From an uncultured Candidatus Saccharibacteria bacterium (GTDB lineage: Bacteria; Patescibacteriota; Minisyncoccia; Phycocordibacterales; UBA2100), in contig CAYNRJ010000002.1 in NCBI GenBank assembly GCA_964399865.1, forward strand, positions 227,108-263,858: a DNA stretch of 36,751 bases, given 5' to 3'. How positions within the stretch are numbered: the first letter of the stretch is position 1; every line of letters begins with the position of its first letter. This document shows, in pieces, positions 23,612-31,934 of the stretch. The notes under the pieces were generated by a model. It saw only the letters and a program-made list of their open reading frames with translations. It was not told the DNA's origin and made no database searches. The translations under genes were made by a program, and so were the position numbers.

Positions 23612-26287
23612 ATGAATATTGATATATCAAATCTTGAAAAAAATATCCAAGCTCTAGTAACTGCGGAAGATAAAGAAGGGTTCATATACGAGCTATTAAA
23701 GATCTACGGTTTCCCCAAGGCAACCATCACACTCCTGAGAAAGGATCCGTCAAAGATTTCTAAGAATGCAAACGAGATAATTCTCAGAAATAAACTCGTC
23801 TTTCACGCTTTAACTGAGAACGAAGACGAGCACCTAGTGATTGACGCTCTTCTCCATGATAAGGCAGTCTCTGCCAATAAACCACGATTCATCATCGTGA
23901 CGGACTTTGATGTGCTTTTGGCTATTGATACCAACACTAGAGAAACTCTGGATATTCCTTTTTCCAAATTCCCGAAGCACTACACCTTCTTCCTTCCTTG
24001 GACTGGCCGCGAAAAGTATCGAGGAGAAAATGAGAGTCCTGCAGATATAAAGGCGGCAGCAAAAATGGCTGCACTATACGACCAGCTCATTGCAGAAAAC
24101 CCATATTATGCGAAAGATCATGCCCACGATCTGAACCTATTCCTAACTCGTCTGCTGTTTTGCTTTTTCGCAGAAGACTCTGGGATATTCCCGGCAAATT
24201 TATTTTCAGGGTCAATCATATCTCATACATCTGAGGATGGAGTTGATTTTAGAAAATATTTGGAGGAGCTATTCGGAGTCTTAAACGTCGAGGGTTCAAA
24301 GAGGCTCGGGATAGCGGAGCATTTGAAGCCGTTTCCGTATGTGAACGGAGGTTTATTTGAGGAAGCAATTCAGCTACCGGATTTCTCGAGAAGATCTCGG
24401 GGTTTAGTTGTTGAGACTAGCAAACTAAATTGGTCTGAAATAAATCCGGACATCTTCGGCTCGATGATCCAAGCAGTTACGCATGCCAGTATGCGTGCTG
24501 ATCTTGGAATGCACTACACCTCCGTATCAAACATTCTCAAAGTAATAAATCCGCTCTTTCTTGAATCTTTGAAGAGTGAATTGGATAAGGCAGGAGAAAA
24601 CGTGAAGCGTTTGGAGGGATTGCGTGATCGCATCACAAAGATACGCGTATTCGACCCTGCGTGTGGCTCAGGAAATTTTCTGATCGTATCGTTTAAAAAG
24701 CTATGCGAGCTCGAGATCGAGATCATAGATCGTATACAGGCTCTTGGTCAAAATACAATGCCCCTGTCCGGCATTTCTCTAAATAACTTTTTTGGCATCG
24801 AGATTGATGACTTTGCACACGAGATTGCAAGGCTCTCGCTATGGCTCGCGCAACACCAGATGAATCTTCAATTCAACGACGCTTTCGGGTTTTCAAAGCC
24901 GGCTCTGCCTTTAAAAGAGGCCGGGAAAATCGTATGCGGGAACGCTACCCGACTGGATTGGACCGAAGTATGTCCTGTCGTTGGTCGAGACAATGAGGAA
25001 TACGAAATATATGTCATTGGAAACCCTCCATACGAAGGGTCAAGAAAGCAAAAAGGATCACAAAAGGAGGACTTAAAAGATTTATTTGAGAAAGACTATA
25101 AAAGCCTGGATTATATTTCGGCTTGGTTTTATAGAGGAGCGTCTTATATTTCAACTCATCAAAAGATTGAACTTGCCTTCGTATCGACTAACTCAATCAC
25201 TCAAGGCGAACAGGTCGCTCTGCTTTGGCCTCGCGTTTTGGGAAATGGTGTAGAAATAAGCTTCGCACACAGATCGTTTAAATGGAAAAATCTAGCAAAA
25301 TACAATGCCGGAGTTGTATGTGTAATCATTGGGCTAGCTCATCCCTCAGAAAGGCAAAAGTATATATACACTGAGGATGAACAAATTTTGAAAGTTGCGA
25401 GAATCAACCCCTACTTAACAGAGGCCGACGTGGTTTATATTACGCGCAAAGCGAATCCAATTTCGCAATTCCCGACGTTGACCTTCGGTAATATGCCGAA
25501 CGATGGAGGACATCTTATTTTGTCCAATGAAGAACGGAAAGAGCTCATATCATCACATCCTGACGCTGAAAGATACATCAAGAAATACGTTGGCGGCGAT
25601 GATTTCTTGAATGGGCGTATCAGATATTGTCTTGTGATTCCAGATAGAGAAGTCGAAACCGCGATACAAATTCCGGAAATAAAGACTAGGCTGGAAATGG
25701 TTTCAAAAGTTAGAAGTGAGAGTTCAGAAAAAAGCACGAGGGAGAAATCAAAATTCCCACACAAATTTTACTTTTGGGTGCATCAGGACACCACATCAAT
25801 AATTGTGCCTTCAACAACCTCAGAAAGAAGGGTTTATATCCCCATTGGTTTCTTGAACGGTGACACTGTTGTATCTAATTCTGCTCAAGTAATATACAAC
25901 CCGCCTATCTATATTTTTGGTGTACTTACATCCAAGATGCACATGGTCTGGGTGCGCGCTGTCGGTGGAAAAATGAAGACGGACATACGTTACTCGTCGA
26001 CAATCTGTTACAACACATTTCCTTTCCCAAATATTACTGATGCACAGAAGCGTCAGATCGAGGAGCATGTTGGGAATATTCTGGATGAGCGAGAAAAGTA
26101 TCCGGAAAAGACGATGGCAAGCCTCTACGATCCTGAATTGATGCCCCTGGGCTTGAGGCAAGCGCACTCATTTCTCGACGAAGTAGTTGATCAGATATAT
26201 CAAAAGAAGCCATTCAGAAGTGACGAAGAGCGTCTCGCTTGCCTCTTTAAACTCTATGAAGGTATGTTAGTTAACGAAAAGAATTAA
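23612..26287 (+). CDS. MmeI/PglX-like gamma-class N6-adenine DNA methyltransferase with TRD; N-terminal domain lacks an obvious nuclease triad
   Basis: Motif I FDPACGSGNF (24650-24679) and motif IV NPPY (25022-25033). There is long collinear similarity to MmeI as I recall it (LTRLLFCFFAED, FPYVNGGLFEE, HYTS.SNILK, FFGIEIDDFA.EIA.LSLWL, FVSTNSITQGEQVALLWP, FAHRSFKW, INPYL, GNMPNDGG, YIPIGF, YNTFPFP, LYDP..MP..L..AH). The start could be ATG 23612 or TTG 23585. Confidence 0.9.
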   Translation: MNIDISNLEKNIQALVTAEDKEGFIYELLKIYGFPKATITLLRKDPSKISKNANEIILRNKLVFHALTENEDEHLVIDALLHDKAVSANKPRFIIVTDFDVLLAIDTNTRETLDIPFSKFPKHYTFFLPWTGREKYRGENESPADIKAAAKMAALYDQLIAENPYYAKDHAHDLNLFLTRLLFCFFAEDSGIFPANLFSGSIISHTSEDGVDFRKYLEELFGVLNVEGSKRLGIAEHLKPFPYVNGGLFEEAIQLPDFSRRSRGLVVETSKLNWSEINPDIFGSMIQAVTHASMRADLGMHYTSVSNILKVINPLFLESLKSELDKAGENVKRLEGLRDRITKIRVFDPACGSGNFLIVSFKKLCELEIEIIDRIQALGQNTMPLSGISLNNFFGIEIDDFAHEIARLSLWLAQHQMNLQFNDAFGFSKPALPLKEAGKIVCGNATRLDWTEVCPVVGRDNEEYEIYVIGNPPYEGSRKQKGSQKEDLKDLFEKDYKSLDYISAWFYRGASYISTHQKIELAFVSTNSITQGEQVALLWPRVLGNGVEISFAHRSFKWKNLAKYNAGVVCVIIGLAHPSERQKYIYTEDEQILKVARINPYLTEADVVYITRKANPISQFPTLTFGNMPNDGGHLILSNEERKELISSHPDAERYIKKYVGGDDFLNGRIRYCLVIPDREVETAIQIPEIKTRLEMVSKVRSESSEKSTREKSKFPHKFYFWVHQDTTSIIVPSTTSERRVYIPIGFLNGDTVVSNSAQVIYNPPIYIFGVLTSKMHMVWVRAVGGKMKTDIRYSSTICYNTFPFPNITDAQKRQIEEHVGNILDEREKYPEKTMASLYDPELMPLGLRQAHSFLDEVVDQIYQKKPFRSDEERLACLFKLYEGMLVNEKN

Positions 26288-26288
26288 T

Positions 26289-28235
26289 ATGAAAACGATC
26301 CAAGTAGCAGAGGCGTTTTACGCTCAAAATGGGAATAGCACGAAGATTAATGATCTTGGCATGCGCGAGATGCAGGCCAAGGCGTTTGAAATGAGAGACG
26401 CACAATACCTCCTGCTCAAAGCACCCCCGGCATCAGGCAAATCTCGAGCATTGATGTTCTTGGCCCTCGATAAGCTCCAGAACCAAGGGATCAAGAAAGT
26501 TATTGTTGCGGTCCCAGAGAAGACAATTGGCGGTTCTTTCGCAGCAACCGATCTCAAATCGCACGGTTTCTTTGCTAACTGGGAACTAAACGATGCATAT
26601 AACCTCTGCACTCCAGGGCTTGATGACAGCAAGACCAAAGTTGAGGCGTTCCTGAAATTCATGGATAACAGTGAGAAAATACTGATCTGTACGCACGCTA
26701 CCCTCCGTTTTGCCTGCGAAAAGATTGCGCCCGAGAAATTCAACGACACGCTCGTCGCTATTGATGAGTTCCATCATGTATCGGCAGACAAGGAGAGCAG
26801 CCGATTAGGCACTGTACTTCACACGATAATGACGAAGTCGAGTGCTCATGTGATTGCCATGACCGGCTCATACTTCCGCGGTGATGGAGTAGCAGTGCTC
26901 ATGCCCGAAGACGAGGCGAATTTTACCAAGGTTACGTACACCTACTACCAGCAGCTGAACGGCTATACATATCTAAAATCCCTCGGCATCGGGTACCATT
27001 TTTATCAAGGCCGATATACGTCTGCGATCGCTGAGGTTCTAGATACAGATAAAAAAACGATTCTACACATCCCGAATGTAAATTCAGGTGAATCAACGAA
27101 GGACAAACTGAACGAAGTCGACACGATCCTAGACATAATAGGTGAGGTTATAAAGCAAGATCCAGAAACGGGCGTCATTTACGTCAAAAGGGATGGTGAT
27201 GGAAAGGTAATAAAGGTTGCTAATCTTGTTGATGATTCAAGCGAGCGCGAAAAAATCGTCAGCTATCTGAGGTCTATGAAAGACCTTGATGACATGGACC
27301 TGATTATCGCATTAGGTATGGCTAAAGAGGGTTTTGATTGGCCATACTGCGAGCATGCCCTTACGGTCGGCTATCGAAGTTCACTAACAGAGATAATTCA
27401 GATAATTGGAAGGTGTACACGAGACAGTAAGAACAAGACCCACGCACAGTTTACAAATTTGATCGCGCAGCCTGACGCTAAAGACGCCGAGGTTAAGGTG
27501 GCAGTAAACAACATGCTGAAAGCGATTACTTGTTCACTCCTCATGGAGCAAGTAATGGCCCCGCACTTCAACTTCAGAGCAAGAAGATCTCCAGACGATA
27601 AAAGTACAAATCCAGGCGAAATTAAGATTACTGGTTTTAAAGAACCGAGTTCATCTCGCGTAAAGGATATTATTGAAACCGACATAAACGACCTCAAAGC
27701 CGCAATACTACAGGATGATCAGTTGGTACGCGCTCTCCCTGGGAACCTAGATGCTGAGGTAATAAATAAGGTAATGATTCCTAAAATTATCCAGACACGA
27801 TATCCAGATCTGACCGATGAAGAGATAGAGGAGGTACGTCAACATATTATCGTCGACTCTGTCATTAAAAATGGAGAGATCAAAGAAGTTGGAGACAAAA
27901 AATTCGTCAGGATGGCGGGCCAATTCGTAAATATCGACGATCTGCACATTGATCTAATTGATAAGGTGAATCCATTTCAAGAAGCTTTCGAGATACTTTC
28001 GAAATCAGTAACAAGCACCGTATTGAAAGCGATCCAAGACACCATCGAATCAACTCGCATTGAAATCACCCCCGAAGAGGTCCGTATTCTCTGGCCAAAG
28101 ATTAAAGAATTTAAAGTCAGGACTGGGAAAGCACCTGAATTATCTTCACGAGACCCGCTCGAACGCAGGATGGCAGAAGCAGTAGTCTACTTAAAGCGCG
28201 TCAAATCCGAGCAAAATCAAAATGAACAAGGATAA
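26289..28235 (+). CDS. SF2 helicase/translocase (DEAD/DEAH-box, type III Res-like)
   Basis: Motif I PPASGKSRA (26421-26447), motif II DEFH (26763-26774), motif III MTGSYFRGD and motif VI QIIGRCTRD. About 200 aa at the C-terminus are unassigned. There is a 1-nt gap to the upstream gene. Confidence 0.9.
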   Translation: MKTIQVAEAFYAQNGNSTKINDLGMREMQAKAFEMRDAQYLLLKAPPASGKSRALMFLALDKLQNQGIKKVIVAVPEKTIGGSFAATDLKSHGFFANWELNDAYNLCTPGLDDSKTKVEAFLKFMDNSEKILICTHATLRFACEKIAPEKFNDTLVAIDEFHHVSADKESSRLGTVLHTIMTKSSAHVIAMTGSYFRGDGVAVLMPEDEANFTKVTYTYYQQLNGYTYLKSLGIGYHFYQGRYTSAIAEVLDTDKKTILHIPNVNSGESTKDKLNEVDTILDIIGEVIKQDPETGVIYVKRDGDGKVIKVANLVDDSSEREKIVSYLRSMKDLDDMDLIIALGMAKEGFDWPYCEHALTVGYRSSLTEIIQIIGRCTRDSKNKTHAQFTNLIAQPDAKDAEVKVAVNNMLKAITCSLLMEQVMAPHFNFRARRSPDDKSTNPGEIKITGFKEPSSSRVKDIIETDINDLKAAILQDDQLVRALPGNLDAEVINKVMIPKIIQTRYPDLTDEEIEEVRQHIIVDSVIKNGEIKEVGDKKFVRMAGQFVNIDDLHIDLIDKVNPFQEAFEILSKSVTSTVLKAIQDTIESTRIEITPEEVRILWPKIKEFKVRTGKAPELSSRDPLERRMAEAVVYLKRVKSEQNQNEQG

Positions 28236-29373
28236 CCTAATAGACATAATCAGCGATGACGACCTCGGACTTCTTGACGATACCAAGAAGGTCGTGAGCA
28301 GTACGCCTGAAGACCGACTGATCCAAGCATTTAAGGAGATCAACGATTTCTTTGACCTCCATGGTAAAGAGCCACAGAAAAGTAATGATGTTCACGAACG
28401 AAAGCTTGCTGCAAGACTTGAATCTATTCGCGCCAATCAAAATTATAAAGATTCACTGAAGAGTCATGATAAATACAACCTATTAGATCAGGTTGAGGTA
28501 AAGACTTTCAAGAACATAGACGAGATTCTGGAAGACGATGATCTGGACCTTCTTGGTGTGGAAGAAGGTTCAATATTTACCCTTGCGAATGTTCCCAAAG
28601 AATCAAAGAAGCTTGATGAAGTGGCAAGGAGACGCCCATGCAAAGACTTTGAGAGATATGAACCTTTGTTCGTTCAGGTCCAAGAAGACCTGAGGACTGG
28701 GAAGAGAATACTCGATAAGTTTGTAGAAAACCAACAACTCAATAAAGGTACTTTTTTTGTTGCGGGTGGAGTATTGGGTGTGATTATTTCGGCTGACCTA
28801 ACGAAAGATGATCAGGGCCGAAGAAATGGCAGGCTTTACTGTGTATTTGAAAACGGTACCGAATCTAACCTTCTTCTCCAATCTTTGGTGCGTTATTTGA
28901 CGGTAGATTATCCGGGGAAAATCGTTGTCGAAAACAATCCTGCCGACCGTCTTTTTAATCCTGAAGACACTAAGTCCGGATACATCTACATACTGCGTTC
29001 ATTGAGTGCAAATCCAGAGATTGCAGGCATGAAGAACCTCTATAAAATTGGCTTTTCCGAAATAACGGTCGAGGAGAGAATCAAAAATGCTGAGGTTGAC
29101 CCAACCTTCCTGATGGCTCCGGTAAAAATTGTGAGCGTATTTGATTGCTATAACATGAGCACCCATAGGCTTGAACGGCTGCTGCACCGTTTCTTTGGAG
29201 AAGTGAAGCTGAACATTGATATAACGGACAAGAATGGAGACAGATACACACCAAAGGAGTGGTTCGTTGCACCCATTGCCGTAATAACTGAAACAATAAA
29301 CAGAATCGTTGATGGCACAATTGTTGAATATAAGTACGATCCTGAGGCTCAACGCATGGTAAAAAGGATATGA
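28222..29373 (+). CDS. T5orf172/MUG113 (GIY-YIG superfamily) domain protein with an acidic N-terminal region
   Basis: The C-terminal region is SGYIYILRS...NLYKIGFSEITVEERI...HRLERLLHRFF...PKEWF (approx 28975-29330). It overlaps the helicase gene by 14 nt. Confidence 0.8.
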   Translation: MNKDNLIDIISDDDLGLLDDTKKVVSSTPEDRLIQAFKEINDFFDLHGKEPQKSNDVHERKLAARLESIRANQNYKDSLKSHDKYNLLDQVEVKTFKNIDEILEDDDLDLLGVEEGSIFTLANVPKESKKLDEVARRRPCKDFERYEPLFVQVQEDLRTGKRILDKFVENQQLNKGTFFVAGGVLGVIISADLTKDDQGRRNGRLYCVFENGTESNLLLQSLVRYLTVDYPGKIVVENNPADRLFNPEDTKSGYIYILRSLSANPEIAGMKNLYKIGFSEITVEERIKNAEVDPTFLMAPVKIVSVFDCYNMSTHRLERLLHRFFGEVKLNIDITDKNGDRYTPKEWFVAPIAVITETINRIVDGTIVEYKYDPEAQRMVKRI

Positions 29374-29534
29374 ATAATAGGTAGATTGACATTGGAACGA
29401 ACGCTCTACACATCCATGGGGATGGCCGCAAAGCATTAAAAGTAATCTCCTATAAAACGAATCGGCGTCGTTGAGGCGGGATTTCTTTTGCATAATTCTA
29501 TAATTATCATCATCGGCCGGGTTTTACGGGGACC

Positions 29535-29584
29535 AAATAGGCGGTAGACTAGCGTAATTCAAATTATCTTTTTCGATACTGAAA
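29535..29584 (+). repeat. 50-nt direct repeat, copy 1: a decayed duplicate of the exonuclease promoter and 5' end
   Basis: aaataggcggtagactagcgtaattcaaattatctttttcgatactgaaa is 46/50 identical to 30409-30458. ATG is ATT in this copy. Confidence 0.8.
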
Positions 29585-29745
29585 TAGAGCCTATGTCGCA
29601 GAGCCGCTGGCGGCCGCGGCATTCATTTCTTGCAGCTTGAGGGAGTAGAAGAGAATGAAGGCGAGAAGTAGGACATTCTCGTTATCTGTCTCGCGAGTCG
29701 AGATCCATCTGCTAGCCTTGGTCACAAGGTGGTAAACTACATGAA

Positions 29746-30369
29746 ATGAAGATCCTTCTTGTCGTTATTCTATTCATAGTTATTCTCTGGACTATTTGGG
29801 GGTATTTCTCGTCCAACGTAGAACAAGCTCAGTACTCGGTCGTTAAGATAGCTGATGGATACGAACTGCGCGAATATGCCGCACACATAGAAGCTCAAGT
29901 CACTGTAGAGGGCTCATATGACGAAGCACTAAACAAAGGATTTAGGATAATTGCCGGATACATTTTTGGCGGCAATACTAAAAAAGAAAGCATTGCCATG
30001 ACTGCGCCGGTACGAGAGCAAAAACAATCATCGGAAAAGATAGCGATGACCGCACCGGTCGTTGCCCGTACGGAGGGAGACTCGCGAGTAATTGCGTTCG
30101 TCATGCCCAAAAGCTACTCGCTTGCGACGCTCCCAACCCCGACGGACTCCCGAGTAAAACTTGTCGAGGTGCCACCAAAAAAGATGGCAGTACTTCAGTT
30201 CTCGTGGTTTAGGAATAGTAGTCGCGTACAGAGAATGGAAGCTCAGCTGCTCTCAATGCTTTCTCGCGACAAATTGGAGGTAGTCGGCAGCCCATCGTAT
30301 GCCGGGTACAACGCTCCATGGACTCCGCCGTGGATGACGCGCAATGAAGTGATGGTAGAAGTCCGCTAG
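29746..30369 (+). CDS. SOUL heme-binding family protein
   Basis: N-terminal TM, then Y.VV....YELREY, GF..IAGYIFGGN and a duplicated IAMTAPV, as in SOUL/HEBP proteins. TGGTAAACT lies 7 nt upstream of the ATG. Confidence 0.85.
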   Translation: MKILLVVILFIVILWTIWGYFSSNVEQAQYSVVKIADGYELREYAAHIEAQVTVEGSYDEALNKGFRIIAGYIFGGNTKKESIAMTAPVREQKQSSEKIAMTAPVVARTEGDSRVIAFVMPKSYSLATLPTPTDSRVKLVEVPPKKMAVLQFSWFRNSSRVQRMEAQLLSMLSRDKLEVVGSPSYAGYNAPWTPPWMTRNEVMVEVR

Positions 30370-30408
30370 TCTTACCAAAGTAGGGATGAGCGCCGTTTTG
30401 TTATAGCG

Positions 30409-30458
30409 AAATAGGCGCTAGACTAGCGTAATGCAAATTATCTTTTTTGATACAGAAA
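30409..30458 (+). repeat. 50-nt direct repeat, copy 2 (functional promoter and first 28 nt of the exonuclease CDS)
   Basis: It contains TAGACT (30419-30424) 6 nt before ATG 30431. Confidence 0.8.
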
Positions 30459-31150
30459 CTACGGGAGCGGGAGAAGCCGACCGGCTCTGTCAGCTCGCAA
30501 TAAAAGAGCGCGGTATCCCTGACCCACTGGTAAATACGATCTACAAGCCGCCGATTCCGATTTCATACGGAGCAATGGCGATTCACCACATCACGGAGAA
30601 AATGACGGAAGGGAAGCCGCAGTTTTTGGAGGCGCCGGAATATCAGGACGTGAAGAATCTTTTTGAGCATGAGAACACCATCGCTGTCGCGCACAACGCG
30701 GCATTCGACATCGGCATGCTGGCGCGAGAGGGCATCGCCCCGCGGCGCACCATCTGCACCTACAAGGTCGCGTATGCGATAGATACAGAAGGGCAGATGG
30801 AACAGCACAAACTGCAATACCTACGCTACATGTACGGCATTGAGATCGAAGCGTCGGCACATGACGCGCTCGGCGATGTGTTGATATTGGAAGCGGTGTT
30901 CGAGAAATTGCTTGAGCAAATAGCGAAACAGCGTGGGAGCGAAGAAGCCGCGCTCCAAGAGATGCTCGCGATATCAGCGCGGCCGATGCTCTACAGCACG
31001 TTCCGATTCGGCAAATACAAAGGCAAGCGCATTGAAGAGGTCGCGCGAAATGATTCGAGCTATCTGCAATGGCTGCTCGGACAAAAGAAGCAAGAACCAG
31101 TCGCTGAGGCGGATTGGATATATACGCTCGAGCATTATCTGAGAGCCTAA
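30431..31150 (+). CDS. DnaQ-like DEDDh 3'-5' exonuclease with a C-terminal DUF3820-like domain
   Basis: Exo I FFDTETTG, Exo II AHNAAFD, Exo III HDALGDV. The C-terminal region has FRFGKYKGKRIEEV...YLQWLL. Confidence 0.9.
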   Translation: MQIIFFDTETTGAGEADRLCQLAIKERGIPDPLVNTIYKPPIPISYGAMAIHHITEKMTEGKPQFLEAPEYQDVKNLFEHENTIAVAHNAAFDIGMLAREGIAPRRTICTYKVAYAIDTEGQMEQHKLQYLRYMYGIEIEASAHDALGDVLILEAVFEKLLEQIAKQRGSEEAALQEMLAISARPMLYSTFRFGKYKGKRIEEVARNDSSYLQWLLGQKKQEPVAEADWIYTLEHYLRA

Positions 31151-31167
31151 GAAATTATTCCAAATGA

Positions 31168-31200
31168 AAGAGCGGTCGTCCGATTGGGGCGATCGCTCTT
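31168..31200. terminator. Hairpin between convergent genes
   Basis: aagagcggtcg / 11-nt loop / cgatcgctctt (one G-U pair). There is no clear T-run on either side. Confidence 0.4.
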
Positions 31201-31226
31201 CCACCATTCTTGAGAGTCACAGCTAC

Positions 31227-31934
31227 TCACGCCTCAACGTCGACCGTCAGTCCCTTGACTTCTTCGCGCAGGCGGACGAGCGCGTCTGCGAGTCGCATGT
31301 GCGCGTTCGGATCGCTGTTCTTGAGCGTCACGCGGACGATCGATAAGTCGTGCTTGCTCGAATCTCGAGCGTGCGCCTCATGACGATGAGCACCGGTCTT
31401 CGTCTCGATTTGCCCGGCGTATCGGGCGAGATCGATGAACGAGAATACTCCGCCGCGGAACAACTCGACGACGTTGGGAGAAATGTTCGGCTTTCCTTTC
31501 GTCGGATCCCGATTCATCGTGGCTACCCAGATAACGTCGATCCCCTCCGTCACCTTGCGACGCAGAACGGGAACGAAATCCTGGTCGCTCGTCACGATGA
31601 CGATCTCGCCGACGCGCTCGGGATCCAGTGCCGCGATACGTTCCTTGAGCGCATCGTCGTCGGCGCCGTCATGATTGTCGACGGGTAATATCTCGAAGCC
31701 GGCTCCTGCGATTGCCTTTGCCAAGCCCTCGTGATGGATCACCCGATCGGGGTGCATGGTCACGATAGGCGTGGTCGCAAGGCAACGGCACGAGCCGAGC
31801 GAGCACAGCACTGGATAGAGAGACCGATAATTGATCTTCTCTATGTGAAGCGGTCCTGCCATCCGATGTGCCGATGGGCCGTCGATGAGAATAGACTTCC
31901 CTCTAGGCCCGGTATGTTGTACGTGGGCTTCCAC
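31227..31934 (-). CDS. NYN/LabA-like (DUF88) domain protein with a C-terminal extension (GC-rich islet 7)
   Basis: SILIDGPS..., DDDALKERI and IVIVTSDQDFVPVLRRKVTEGIDVIWV fit the NYN/LabA pattern. The GTG start lies 6 nt after GAGGGAGG. Confidence 0.7.
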   Translation of the reverse strand: MEAHVQHTGPRGKSILIDGPSAHRMAGPLHIEKINYRSLYPVLCSLGSCRCLATTPIVTMHPDRVIHHEGLAKAIAGAGFEILPVDNHDGADDDALKERIAALDPERVGEIVIVTSDQDFVPVLRRKVTEGIDVIWVATMNRDPTKGKPNISPNVVELFRGGVFSFIDLARYAGQIETKTGAHRHEAHARDSSKHDLSIVRVTLKNSDPNAHMRLADALVRLREEVKGLTVDVEA

